Shown here in pieces: positions 1-9,890 of a stretch of DNA of 64,000 bases. The DNA lies in the IMG/VR virus record IMGVR_UViG_3300042923_000619, positions 96,001 to 160,000 of that record. One strand, written 5' to 3'. The notes under the pieces are model-generated. The model was not told the origin of the DNA. It saw only the letters and a program-made list of their open reading frames with translations, and made no database searches. This stretch comes from a virus. Made by a program: the position numbers and the translations under genes. How positions within the stretch are numbered: the stretch's first letter is position 1; every line of letters begins with the position of its first letter.

Positions 1-231
1 AAACCATACATGCTATTGTTAGTTGTTTTTCGTTCAATATACAATCTTCACCATCTACTTCTTTTATAAATATATTTGGTATTAATGTAAATGGTTTATT
101 ATTAAATATATTATCTATTTTTCTTTCATCCAAAACTCTCCCTCCTTCCTCAACTCCTATACTACCATAATATTCTAAATAATGCAATAGTATTTCTATT
201 AATTTATTTGCATCCTAGAATTTACCTCCAG

Positions 232-489
232 TTATATTTTAAATAATAGCCATTTCATATCTTCAACTATATATTTCAATTGATACAACTTCTCTATTCC
301 ATCAATTACACTTTGACAATCAAATATTAATGCAATGTTTCCACATAATTTTTCACTAGTCTTAGATATAACTTTATCAACCTTAATTACTTTATAATTA
401 TCTTTCTCTTGCATTTTAAATTTCAAAGGTGTAATCCCTTGTTTTGAAAAGTGACATATAACTTCTATCTCTTTAGCAACTACTTTCAT
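232..489 (-). CDS. Small conserved clostridial protein, probably SOS-induced (resembles the family found beside Y-family polymerases)
   Basis: 85 aa, RBS AAAGGAG, extended -10 TGATATAAT (521-529, minus strand) and an SOS box over the start region. Family call from memory of the MKVVAKxIE..WF..G..P.KF pattern. Confidence 0.5.
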   Translation of the reverse strand: MKVVAKEIEVICHFSKQGITPLKFKMQEKDNYKVIKVDKVISKTSEKLCGNIALIFDCQSVIDGIEKLYQLKYIVEDMKWLLFKI

Positions 490-505
490 TTTACTTTCTC
501 CTTTA

Positions 506-519
506 CGAATGTATGTTTG
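506..519. promoter_or_regulatory. LexA (SOS) box
   Basis: CGAATGTATGTTTG, one mismatch from the Firmicute consensus CGAACRNRYGTTYG, just downstream of the -10 of ORF 232..489. Confidence 0.7.
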
Positions 520-563
520 TATTATATCACATTGTTATAGAAATTGAACTGAATAATTTTAAA

Positions 564-594
564 CACAAAAAAGAAGTCATATTTCTATGACCTC
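564..594 (-). terminator. Intrinsic terminator after rep
   Basis: Minus-strand hairpin GAGGTCATA-GAAA-TATGACTTC followed by a U tract. Confidence 0.7.
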
Positions 595-761
595 ATGCAT
601 ATATTTATAATACTTGTTTTATACTACTTATCAGCCCTATACAGACATTTTATATTTAGACGATAACTTATACCTTAAAATGGTTACAAGGACAAACTTG
701 AGGGATATTTTGAGTTTCTGTTAAACAATTTTATACAAAGCTATTTCGAATATAAATTTAT

Positions 762-833
762 CTGTGACATTCAATTCAAACAGTGTGACATGTAATCTAA
801 AAATTATAAAATATTACACTGTGACTTTGAAAC
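762..833. repeat. Secondary iteron cluster downstream of rep
   Basis: CTGTGACATTCAAT (762), GTGTGACATGTAATC (783) and CTGTGACTTTGAAAC (819) match the consensus of the 2042-2145 cluster. Confidence 0.75.
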
Positions 834-2014
834 TAAATTTCTATTTCAAAGTCTTTAACATCATATCTATTATAAGGTAATCCAGCTTGGGTATATCTTA
901 ATAAATCGTCTACTAATCCTCTATTATATCTATCATCTACATATCTAAGCATAGCCGAAATATATGAACTAGTATCCATTTTAACAAATTTATTTATATC
1001 TTCATAAGTAACACCGATCTCCCTTAATCTAGCTACAATTTCTGCATCAGTCTTATATTTATCTAATCCTTTTGATTTGATTTTTCCTGTGACATTGAAT
1101 ATAAATATTATTCCTTCACCAACTTTAAACACATAATCTTGAATAAATTTAATATTTTTAAGTTCTTCTAACGCCTTTTTAAATTCTCCATTATAATAAT
1201 ATTCAGTTTTCTTATCTGGAATATCTATACCCACATAGTCATATATCGTCTGCATTGTAATATATTTCTCATACGAAGATGACCATTGAGTTAAAATGAG
1301 TAATAATTTTTTTGCTATATTACTTTTTAATTGAATATATTTTTCATGGTCATACAATTTAAAGTAATTACTACACATATTGTTATAAAAGAAATCATCT
1401 ATTTCTATACTTTGACTTTCTTCTATTTGCTTAGGACTAGCCAATTTACTATTATTAATTTTCTGTTCTTCTACCGAGTAAGATTGAAAGTCACACAGAA
1501 TACCACAACTTTTACTGCCTTTAAAGGTTTTTACATATTGACCTTCTTCTTGATTTCTAAAAGCAAAAGTACTATAAATAGTAGTCTCATTTAATGTATT
1601 AAGAGAATTTTCCAATCTTTCCTTAATACCACTTCCAAAATTCTTAAAACCCATTTCTTTAGCTAATTTTCTATAAGTGAAATGAATTCTTTTTGGAAAA
1701 TCAACTTTATTATCTTTAAGAATATATTGATTATCTATAGATTTAATTAATAATCTAAATAAAGCTAATAATACATCAAGGTCATACATGGTTGGAACAC
1801 CTAGTTCACCACCAACAACTTTTAATCCAACTTCTTGGTCTCCTTTTATCCATTTCCTACTTATTGTCTTTTCTTTCTTCCTCTTTAAACTTATAAATGG
1901 TAATGTCATTAAATTAGATTCATTCATACCTTGAAATGGCTTTATTTTTATTAGTTTTTCATAAGATACTTCTTTTGTGTTTTCTTTTTCTAATAAGTTT
2001 TCCACACTATCCAC
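833..2014 (-). CDS. Plasmid replication initiator (Rep, winged-helix iteron-binding type)
   Basis: 393 aa, GTG start; NLMTLPFISL and YDLDVLLALF motifs typical of RepA-type initiators; flanked by iterons and DnaA boxes. Confidence 0.8.
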   Translation of the reverse strand: MDSVENLLEKENTKEVSYEKLIKIKPFQGMNESNLMTLPFISLKRKKEKTISRKWIKGDQEVGLKVVGGELGVPTMYDLDVLLALFRLLIKSIDNQYILKDNKVDFPKRIHFTYRKLAKEMGFKNFGSGIKERLENSLNTLNETTIYSTFAFRNQEEGQYVKTFKGSKSCGILCDFQSYSVEEQKINNSKLASPKQIEESQSIEIDDFFYNNMCSNYFKLYDHEKYIQLKSNIAKKLLLILTQWSSSYEKYITMQTIYDYVGIDIPDKKTEYYYNGEFKKALEELKNIKFIQDYVFKVGEGIIFIFNVTGKIKSKGLDKYKTDAEIVARLREIGVTYEDINKFVKMDTSSYISAMLRYVDDRYNRGLVDDLLRYTQAGLPYNRYDVKDFEIEI

Positions 2015-2028
2015 ATCCTTTGACTTAT

Positions 2029-2040
2029 AAACATATGTTC
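2029..2040 (-). promoter_or_regulatory. LexA (SOS) box in the rep leader
   Basis: GAACATATGTTT (GAAC-N4-GTTY) between the iterons and the rep RBS. Confidence 0.7.
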
Positions 2041-2041
2041 T

Positions 2042-2286
2042 CTGTGACTTTGAGTTTTAAATACTGTGACATTGAATAGGAATTCCCTGTGACATTCAAT
2101 CTTATCCACAGTGACATTGAATCTAATATACTGTGACATTGAATCTTAAAAATAATTCGATAGTAGTTGATATAACTATTTTTACAAACTTATGTTACAA
2201 CGTTATTTATTTCTTGTATTATCTACATTATGTCTATTATTACAACGTAAGGATACCATAAAAACTATTCCTATTCAATGTCACAG
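2042..2286. repeat. Replication origin: five 22-23 bp-phased iterons, a DnaA box and one inverted iteron
   Basis: CTGTGACWTTSAAT-like units at 2042, 2064, 2087, 2109 and 2131; perfect DnaA box TTATCCACA at 2102-2110 (others at 1998-2006 and 2007-2015); AT-rich tract; inverted copy ATTCAATGTCACAG at 2273-2286. Confidence 0.9.
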
Positions 2287-2489
2287 GGAAAGATATAAAT
2301 ATTTTTATAAAATCATGTCAAAATCTTTATATCTATTTTAACCCACCTATCACGTCCATAGACAAGCCAAATCTTTAAACGATAACTTTATTAACTAAAC
2401 TTCCATCTCTATTCCTACGACCTATCAGATGAATAGAATTTAATTCCTATTGCGACAATATGTTCTTTATGTTGAGTTATTAATAGTCA

Positions 2490-3113
2490 TTAATTCTTTT
2501 TACCGAATAATCTGCTAAATAAGCCTTGATGTTGATTTTGTTCTTCATATTCTTTTTTTCGTTGCTCCATAGATTGTTTTAAAGAATCCATTTTACTATT
2601 TAATTCTTGTGTAATTGACATTTCTTCTTTAATTTCCTTAATTTCATTACTTAAATCTATTTGATTATTATGCATAGTATTTATTATTTCTAATGTTTTA
2701 TTTCCATGTTCAATCAACTTTTCAATTTTTTCATTTTGTTGATTTAACATTTGATTTTGACTGTTTAAAACTCTTATTAAAAAATCAGCAAAAGATTGAT
2801 TACTAATATCTATTTCTTGTTTTTCTTTATGAAATAATACCTCTTGTTTATGAGAATTAAGGTATTTGCGAATTTCATTTGTATCCATTCCTAGATACAT
2901 ATTTAATTCTTTTATTTTTCTTAGGTTATCTATATCTTCTTGTTCAAATACTTGATACATTCCAATTGAAGTAATATTTAAAAAATCATTTAGTTTTTCA
3001 AAATAAAAGATAATACGAGATTGTTCAAGTTCTAATATATTAGAAACATCATCAATTGTATAGTATTTTCTATTTTCTTCTTTGTAAAAAACTTCTATTG
3101 GTTCATCATCCAT
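2490..3113 (-). CDS. tubY: TubY-like MerR-HTH/coiled-coil partition regulator
   Basis: N-terminal MerR-type HTH (YYTIDDVSNILELEQSRIIFY), long coiled coil, basic/amphipathic tail GLFSRLFGKKN; directly downstream of tubZ as in phage c-st. Confidence 0.75.
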   Translation of the reverse strand: MDDEPIEVFYKEENRKYYTIDDVSNILELEQSRIIFYFEKLNDFLNITSIGMYQVFEQEDIDNLRKIKELNMYLGMDTNEIRKYLNSHKQEVLFHKEKQEIDISNQSFADFLIRVLNSQNQMLNQQNEKIEKLIEHGNKTLEIINTMHNNQIDLSNEIKEIKEEMSITQELNSKMDSLKQSMEQRKKEYEEQNQHQGLFSRLFGKKN

Positions 3114-3159
3114 TGTTATACCTCCAGTGATATAGAAATAAGGGGAATATCCCCTTATA

Positions 3160-4323
3160 TTATCTCTTAAATAAATTCTTTTTCATAGTTTTTTTAACAA
3201 CTTTATTTCCTTTTGTGCTTATATTTTCATCATTTACTTCAATCTTATGTTCTACTTGTGTCTCAGATATAGGTGTTTGTTTGTTTATTTTAAATTTACT
3301 AAAATCTAATTCATTTTGTATCGAAGAATGTTTTTTTCTATCTTCAAGTTCATGTTCAATCAATTTTATTGAATTAATTGGAGGAAAACATCCACTTACA
3401 AGCAATATATTTCTATCTGAATTTATACCAGTATAAGTTTCTTTTGATGGTATATAAAGTTTGTCTATATAATCCTTATTATAATTCTCATTTACAAATG
3501 ATATTCCTAAATATCCACATTTTACAGACTTTGTTCCATCTTCAAGAACTTCTGTATTATTCTCATCTCTATATATTTTAGCCAATATACTATTTTTTTC
3601 TGCTTTTATCATAGCAACCTCAATACTACTACAATCATTTGGAATATCATAAAAATATAAGCAACCTTTATCTTTAAGTACATTGCTTAGATTTCCATTA
3701 TCAAATTTAATACCATTTATTGCAGGAATTTCAAATATTGAATCAAATGTTTCTGAAAATTTTTCATTTATTTTTAACTCTTTATCATTTTCATCAATAA
3801 CTTCACTAATTTGAGCGTCATTGTTAATAAACATCATACTGTTTATACAAGGATTTTCAAGAATTTCGTCCCAGGTATTTATTGCATTTTTTAATATTAC
3901 TTCTGGTGATTTTAAACTTGGAAGAATACCAACAACATTTATTGTCTTATCAAAGTCTCCATCTAATTTCATTGCACTTATAGCTCTTAAAAGAACACTT
4001 AATATGGCACTGCCACTACCACCACCCATGCTTGAAACGAAGTATATGGTATCTTGTTGATATCTATAAAGTAAATCTATGATATTATATCCTCTTTGTT
4101 CTGCATATTCTTTGCCTAAATCCCTATCTCTTCCAACTCCATTTTGAGTACTTATACAATAATAATTCTTGATAGTGTCATTAAAATTATTTAAACTTTG
4201 CAAATCAGTTATACTTGTATTAACAAATAGTCCTTGGAATCTAGCATCAACATCAAGAATGGAATCGACTAAACGTCCTCCTGCTCCACCTAACCCTACA
4301 AAAAGTATATCATCTCTATTCAT
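3160..4323 (-). CDS. tubZ: TubZ tubulin/FtsZ-like partition GTPase
   Basis: FVGLGGAGGRLVD, NTS..D, GVGRD and tubulin signature SMGGGSGS; basic C-terminal tail. Probable start at 4323 (RBS AAGGGGAGGA) rather than 4344. Confidence 0.92.
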   Translation of the reverse strand: MNRDDILFVGLGGAGGRLVDSILDVDARFQGLFVNTSITDLQSLNNFNDTIKNYYCISTQNGVGRDRDLGKEYAEQRGYNIIDLLYRYQQDTIYFVSSMGGGSGSAILSVLLRAISAMKLDGDFDKTINVVGILPSLKSPEVILKNAINTWDEILENPCINSMMFINNDAQISEVIDENDKELKINEKFSETFDSIFEIPAINGIKFDNGNLSNVLKDKGCLYFYDIPNDCSSIEVAMIKAEKNSILAKIYRDENNTEVLEDGTKSVKCGYLGISFVNENYNKDYIDKLYIPSKETYTGINSDRNILLVSGCFPPINSIKLIEHELEDRKKHSSIQNELDFSKFKINKQTPISETQVEHKIEVNDENISTKGNKVVKKTMKKNLFKR

Positions 4324-4666
4324 TATTAATATCCTCCCCTTCATTTAATTCAACATATTCATATATATCTTCTTTATCTAAAATATTTTCTTGTAAATAT
4401 TTAATTCCATCACTTGATATATAATAAGTTTTTGCTCTAGATTCTTTTATTCCTTCATACACATATCCTAATTGCATCAACTTATTTTGTATCCTTCTTA
4501 CGTATGTGTAATAAGACGATTTAAGTTCAGTATTATCTATTATGTCTTGAATTTTAAATGATTCAATTGGACTTATCTTTTTGTTTACAAATAAAGCATA
4601 TAGTAATTCTATGTCATATTTATCTAAAACCATCATTGCACCTCCTATACTATATAATAGTATCAT
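4316..4666 (-). CDS. tubR: TubR-like winged-helix centromere-binding protein
   Basis: About 106-116 aa wHTH (LMQLGYVYEGIKESRAKTYYIS) overlapping the tubZ start. Confidence 0.7.
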   Translation of the reverse strand: MILLYSIGGAMMVLDKYDIELLYALFVNKKISPIESFKIQDIIDNTELKSSYYTYVRRIQNKLMQLGYVYEGIKESRAKTYYISSDGIKYLQENILDKEDIYEYVELNEGEDINNE

Positions 4667-4715
4667 TAAATAGAAAATGTTACAATATATAATTTAAAAT
4701 TAATTTAACTTTTAC

Positions 4716-4796
4716 TATCTTATTATTACTTAATTAATTTACTATTAGTTTATATTATATTAGATTGTATATATTCAAATTAGTAATAATAAGATA
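4716..4796. repeat. 15-bp inverted repeat in the AT-rich tubR upstream region (tubC candidate)
   Basis: TATCTTATTATTACT (4716-4730) and its reverse complement AGTAATAATAAGATA (4782-4796); position expected for tubC. Confidence 0.4.
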
Positions 4797-4953
4797 AAAT
4801 AAACTTAAATACTCTTAACTTCTCACAACTACACATTAATAATAGATAAAAATACAGTAAATTCACGTTTTTAGATTGTTTTTACTCATTTTTATCTAAA
4901 AAATAGCTATTTTATACAAAAAACATATAAAATAGCTAAAAATTTAATAAAAA

Positions 4954-5574
4954 TTAAGAAAATAATGATTTCAAAGCAGTCTCTTTGCTTACTTTATTAA
5001 ATATATTATCTTTTGGTAGATAAAAATTTCCTTTACTATCTACATTAATATAGTTTCTAGTATCATAATGTTTGTATAATGATATATCTCCTTCAGAATA
5101 CATATACATTAAATCCTCCCAAAGTTCTTCAGGAATATATTTTTTCATATTTTCAAAATACTCTTCATGTTCCATTTATATTTTTCTCCTTTATCTTCCT
5201 ATAAGTTGGTCTATAATATCTAAGTTTCTTTTTGTAATATCTTTTGCTTTTAAAGCACTATAAATCATATGTGCATCATTTTTATATTGTTTCTTCTTTG
5301 GGTATTTATATACACTAACTTCTAGATATCTACGTATAGCTAACATTCTTTCTCTAGTAATTTCACCACTTTTAAGTCTATCATGAAAGTGAGAATATAC
5401 TTCATTATATCTCAATTCAACTTTCAATGGTCTTATCTTCTGTTTATTAATATCTTCAATTACCATTTCGGCAGTAATCATAGATTTTGGAATCCTATTT
5501 AATTTAAAAAATCCTAAATGTACGAATATTTTAATTAAAATAGGCAATGCTAATAACATAATTATAGTTTTCAT
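4954..5574 (-). CDS. Two hypothetical proteins (5191..5574 with an N-terminal hydrophobic anchor; 4954..5175)
   Basis: ORF track, RBS-like sequences, co-oriented with neighbours. Confidence 0.6.
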
Positions 5575-5873
5575 ATGTAATCCATCCTTTCAATCGGCAA
5601 ATTGTGTTTTGGAATTACATTAATGATTAACTAGAATCAATCAACATAACTATTTTTCTCCTTTCTGATGTTTTGCATATTGCTTAAGCTTTTGTTTTGT
5701 ATAGTAGTTTGTCTTAAGTAATATGTATTAACTATAAGATTAATAATTGTATAGTATGTTGGTAGTAGGGTAGGGAGATAATATGTTCTCCCTACAAATC
5801 TATATTTGTAAATGTTGGGATTATGGGATTTTTAAATCTCAATATAATAACAGTAAGTAGAAATATAAGAATG

Positions 5874-6455
5874 TTAAAATAAAAAATTATAAATATTACT
5901 ATAGAACAAGTCTGTATATACCACATTAAAGTTAGACGAGTTATATCTAATATCGGATAAGCTAGGTCTTGCTATTATGACAAGTGGAAATGTATTAAAG
6001 CAATCTTTTTGAACTTGTCCAGTTTTACATAATTTTTCATATAGTTGCATTTTTATGTTACTTGTATAATGCGTATAATCAACCTCCAATAAAACGAAAT
6101 GTGCGATATTATTATATTCATATGCAATAAATGCGTCTGGTCTTATTAATCCTTTTAAATAATGTGGTTGAATTTTCAATTCAAGTAAATAGCTATCATT
6201 ATGTTTTTTTATTTGTTTTATAAAGTCATATAACAATAAATCGTGGTCTCTCAACTTCTTTTCTTGATAATATACTTTTTCATTTTTAAATTTACTTATA
6301 TACGATTTCAATAAACCCATATCTTTTAATTGTTTTAATCTACGCCTACAACCCTCATAATTATGATTAAATATTATTTCAGCACATTGATTTACTGTAA
6401 TTGCTTTATATTCTTCAATCCATTTTAAAATTTTCTTGTCTCTTTCTGTGAGCAT
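5874..6455 (-). CDS. Replication-relaxation family protein
   Basis: MLTERDKKIL wHTH start, GCRRRLKQL, IRPDAF and LLEVD PD-(D/E)xK-like motifs; coupled to an FtsK gene. Confidence 0.75.
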   Translation of the reverse strand: MLTERDKKILKWIEEYKAITVNQCAEIIFNHNYEGCRRRLKQLKDMGLLKSYISKFKNEKVYYQEKKLRDHDLLLYDFIKQIKKHNDSYLLELKIQPHYLKGLIRPDAFIAYEYNNIAHFVLLEVDYTHYTSNIKMQLYEKLCKTGQVQKDCFNTFPLVIIARPSLSDIRYNSSNFNVVYTDLFYSNIYNFLF

Positions 6456-7741
6456 TTTCTATATTCCTCCATTGGTATTGTTCCACTTTTAAATTTATTA
6501 TTGGATGGTTTCACTTTCTCTTGTTTTATATCTTTTTCATTAATATCTACTATACTGTGCTCTTCTAAAGTTAAAATTTGTTTATTTTCCTCATCTATAT
6601 TATTTTTATTATCTGAAGAGTCTTTAACTTTATTTTTCTTTGTTTGAGTAGGGGATGGAACTCTTATCTCAGGAACATATTTATGCAATACCACAAAATC
6701 ATCATCTATAAATGGTACTTTTATAACTTCCTCACCATTGTTTCCACAAATAATACATTCGCCTCTTTTAAGTTTAATTGCATTATTTGAATTAATAACA
6801 TTTTGAGAGTCTATAATTGAATTTTGATGAAATGTGATACGTGTCATTTGACTCTTAACTTGAGGTGATAAATTTTCACATGTTGTTCTTTGAAGAACTC
6901 CAATTATATGAATACCTACAGAGCGTCCAGATTTAACAATAGACCATAATTCATCCCATATAGGTAACAATATTAATTCTGACATTTCTTCACATACTAA
7001 TACAATTCTTTTAATTTTTCTAGTTGGAAAATATTTATTCCATTGATTTATATTTCTAATGCCATGAGATTGAAATAATAGACTTCTTGAATTTATATTG
7101 TCTTTTACCTTGCTTAATACTATATCTAAATCATTAGAATTATAAGCTGTCATCTTAATAGGTTTACAGTCTTCAAAAGATGAAATTTCACCTTTAATTA
7201 ACTGAGTTAAAAATAATTCTATATCTTTTGATGAATTATAAATGAGGTTGGTTAATATACATGATAACAACATTGATTTTCCATATCCTGTTGCCCCTGC
7301 AATTAATATCATTGGATGTAAATCTAAATTAACTAAATAATCTTTTCCTTTAAAATCTTTTCCTATATATAGTTTATTACTAGGACATTTAACAGGTTTG
7401 AATGGAAATTTAGCGATATCTCTATTAACTATTCTCATTGTTATATTTGGTTTAAATTTATCTTTTTCTAAATCTATTATCCCATTTAGATTGTCTTCTA
7501 ATATGTTTAATTTAGAATTTAAATGCTCAATTGATAATCCATTTGGAATATTTATATAACATACATAACCATAGTTAGTTGGTATTATTTTATATATTTT
7601 AAATGATTCTTCTTTTTTGTTTTGTACTCCTATAGATTCCATTATTGAAGTGAATTTGTGTTTTAATTTTTTCTCATCTATTGTGTTTAAATAATTGTAA
7701 GCATATGTTCCTAATACAATTAAACCTAATTCTACAATCAT
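6425..7741 (-). CDS. FtsK/SpoIIIE-family ATPase (coupling-protein-like)
   Basis: N-terminal hydrophobic segment, Walker A GATGYGKS, Walker B-like LVCEE, RSVGIHIIGVLQR motif. Confidence 0.85.
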   Translation of the reverse strand: MIVELGLIVLGTYAYNYLNTIDEKKLKHKFTSIMESIGVQNKKEESFKIYKIIPTNYGYVCYINIPNGLSIEHLNSKLNILEDNLNGIIDLEKDKFKPNITMRIVNRDIAKFPFKPVKCPSNKLYIGKDFKGKDYLVNLDLHPMILIAGATGYGKSMLLSCILTNLIYNSSKDIELFLTQLIKGEISSFEDCKPIKMTAYNSNDLDIVLSKVKDNINSRSLLFQSHGIRNINQWNKYFPTRKIKRIVLVCEEMSELILLPIWDELWSIVKSGRSVGIHIIGVLQRTTCENLSPQVKSQMTRITFHQNSIIDSQNVINSNNAIKLKRGECIICGNNGEEVIKVPFIDDDFVVLHKYVPEIRVPSPTQTKKNKVKDSSDNKNNIDEENKQILTLEEHSIVDINEKDIKQEKVKPSNNKFKSGTIPMEEYRKCSQKETRKF

Positions 7742-7929
7742 ATTTTTCTTTTCTTAGAAATAATTGTTTTAGTTTTATTAGGTAGGGTATAGGTTATTAT
7801 ATATGCAATTGTTGAAATGTAAATGATAGCCCCATCCATTGTAGATAAGCAAAATATAGAACCTATATGTTTAAATTGAGAATAAAAGTAATTGATTATT
7901 AGCATATCTAAATTTGATAAGATGTTCAT
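7738..7929 (-). CDS. Small membrane protein heading the FtsK operon
   Basis: 63 aa, hydrophobic, RBS AAGGAG, 4-bp overlap with ftsK. Confidence 0.55.
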   Translation of the reverse strand: MNILSNLDMLIINYFYSQFKHIGSIFCLSTMDGAIIYISTIAYIITYTLPNKTKTIISKKRKI

Positions 7930-8661
7930 TCTTATTACTCCTTTTAGATTGTTGTATTTAATGTTGTATATTATATAGGTATGTGTGCAATTTAAATTTG
8001 ATACCAGTTTATTTATATTATTTTAAATAGGGTAGGTAGTATATGCTAGGTACTTATATTATAAATTTAAAAATATACCCCTCCCATATTGGTATTATTT
8101 GCTTGTAGTAATTGTTGTATATATTAGTTATAATTTAGCTGTGCAAAAGTTTTTCATTAATCACATTTAATTCTATTTAATAAATTTAATCTTAATCTTT
8201 TTAAGACTATCTTATATAGATGGTCTTATTTTTATGTCTAATTTAAAGTATTAGTGAAAGAAAATAGATATTAGTTATTGGATGACAGAAAAGTGGTCTT
8301 AAAATTCATGTGAAGTGGGTTAGATTTAATTTTTGAAATTTGATGAAATATTAAATTACGATGATGATGTTTCGTAAGCAGATAATTTTTAGTGTTTTAA
8401 ATAGGCTATAGCCTTGATCTATACTGGGTTTGAACGATGTTTATATATGGTAGGTTAGTGGTCATTAAATGATGTTGGATAGTTGATATCGGTGAAAGTG
8501 GCTTGTAGACTAGGTTTGAATATGTTTTATGTCTAGAAATGTGCAATTTTAGTCATTTTTAAAATGTGCTTAACCGTTGATATGACTAGCTTGAGTCGAA
8601 GCACTTTACGATGTTAATGTTCGTGTTTTAGTCTTCGTTGTCAAAATTATCCGTATAGACG

Positions 8662-8694
8662 AGTAGAACACATGTGCCGAACATTTGTTCTACT
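8662..8694. promoter_or_regulatory. Hairpin containing tandem SOS-box-like sites
   Basis: AGTAGAACA-C-ATGT-GCCGA-ACAT-T-TGTTCTACT stem; GAAC-ATTT-GTTC at 8679-8690 and GAAC-ACAT-GTGC at 8666-8677. Confidence 0.55.
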
Positions 8695-9802
8695 AACCAT
8701 CCAAAATATGTAAAACATGCCCCCCATACCAATATACAAGCCATTCTTATCAATACGATACATTCCAAGACCAAATAACCATAATACGAACAGATGCGAA
8801 CGTCTCAAAACGTTGGTATCACTGGCTTTAAGTTATTTCGAGAAATGTGTATTTCCCGAAATTATCGGTAAATGCCGATTAACTTATTTGATTAATATAA
8901 ATATTGAGCAGTAGAGAGAGTAGAACAAGTGTACTTATAAAATGTTGCTTTTAACTGGTCATATAATAGGGAACTGGCAACCATCCAAATTTTTGAAAAC
9001 CGAATGTTTTATTTTAATGGTGGTTTAATATTCGATTTTAAGTTGCTTTGCTTACTGCAACACTTACTTTAGCACGTTAAAGCGTTAATGTATTAAATAT
9101 ATAAAGTGATACATTGCTAACACGTTAAACTATTAGCAGAGCATATCGAGACAGTTAAATTATATACTTACTAATAGTAACAAACACACATTAAATACAA
9201 CACTAACATATTACAACTTATAACCACATTACATAAAAGTACTTACTAATAATATAATACTAGATAACTATTAATAATATACTAACATAACTATATCTAC
9301 TTACTTAAAGTAACCAACTAATATACAATTCAATATCAATCTCTAATTACTGTAAACATAATATCATATTCAGCAAATAAACACAACAACATTAATATAC
9401 TGGAATCAGATCACAATATAAAAACACGAATACTTCACACTATAAACTCACATCAATTTTAACAGAAATATCAATTCAAATAATAAATTAATAGATAACT
9501 TATAAGTATAAACAATAAACTTAATTGAGAATATACGTGAGAATCGATGCTATCAAACCCAACAATACACTCATTATCAATAGTTCTCAACTAATTAAAC
9601 ACACCAATTGAGAACGTAAATGATAATAACATACATCTAATTGATAATAGAGTATAAAATAGCTAAAATTACTGAATTTCCTTTAATTTATTGAATATAG
9701 ATATAACCCAGTAAATTATCTAATATCATAAACACGAACTATAAATACAAACTGACTAATAACATACGTAATTATTAAATCTAAAAATATTATAAAATAT
9801 CT

Positions 9803-9872
9803 AACAAATTAACATAAATATATTGACTTATGCACTAAAAAGGAGTATATTTATATTAAGGAAACAAATTAA
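9803..9872 (+). promoter_or_regulatory. First sigma-A promoter of the rightward array, flanked by AACAAATTAA motifs
   Basis: TTGACT(9823)-N17-TATATT(9846); AACAAATTAA at 9803 and 9863. Confidence 0.75.
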
Positions 9873-9890
9873 AATAATAAATGAAAGAGG

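Noticed and set aside
6612-6626. Second CTGAAGAGTCTTT resembling the hammerhead core
   Set aside because: No stem II closure, GAAA or stem III follows; it lies antisense within ftsK.
7976-8005. Sigma-E/K promoter for the FtsK operon
   Set aside because: Only the -10 (CATACCTA) fits; the -35 match is too weak to call.
8717-8914. 65-aa ORF in the divergence zone
   Set aside because: No RBS, atypical composition and no recognisable motif; treated as non-coding.
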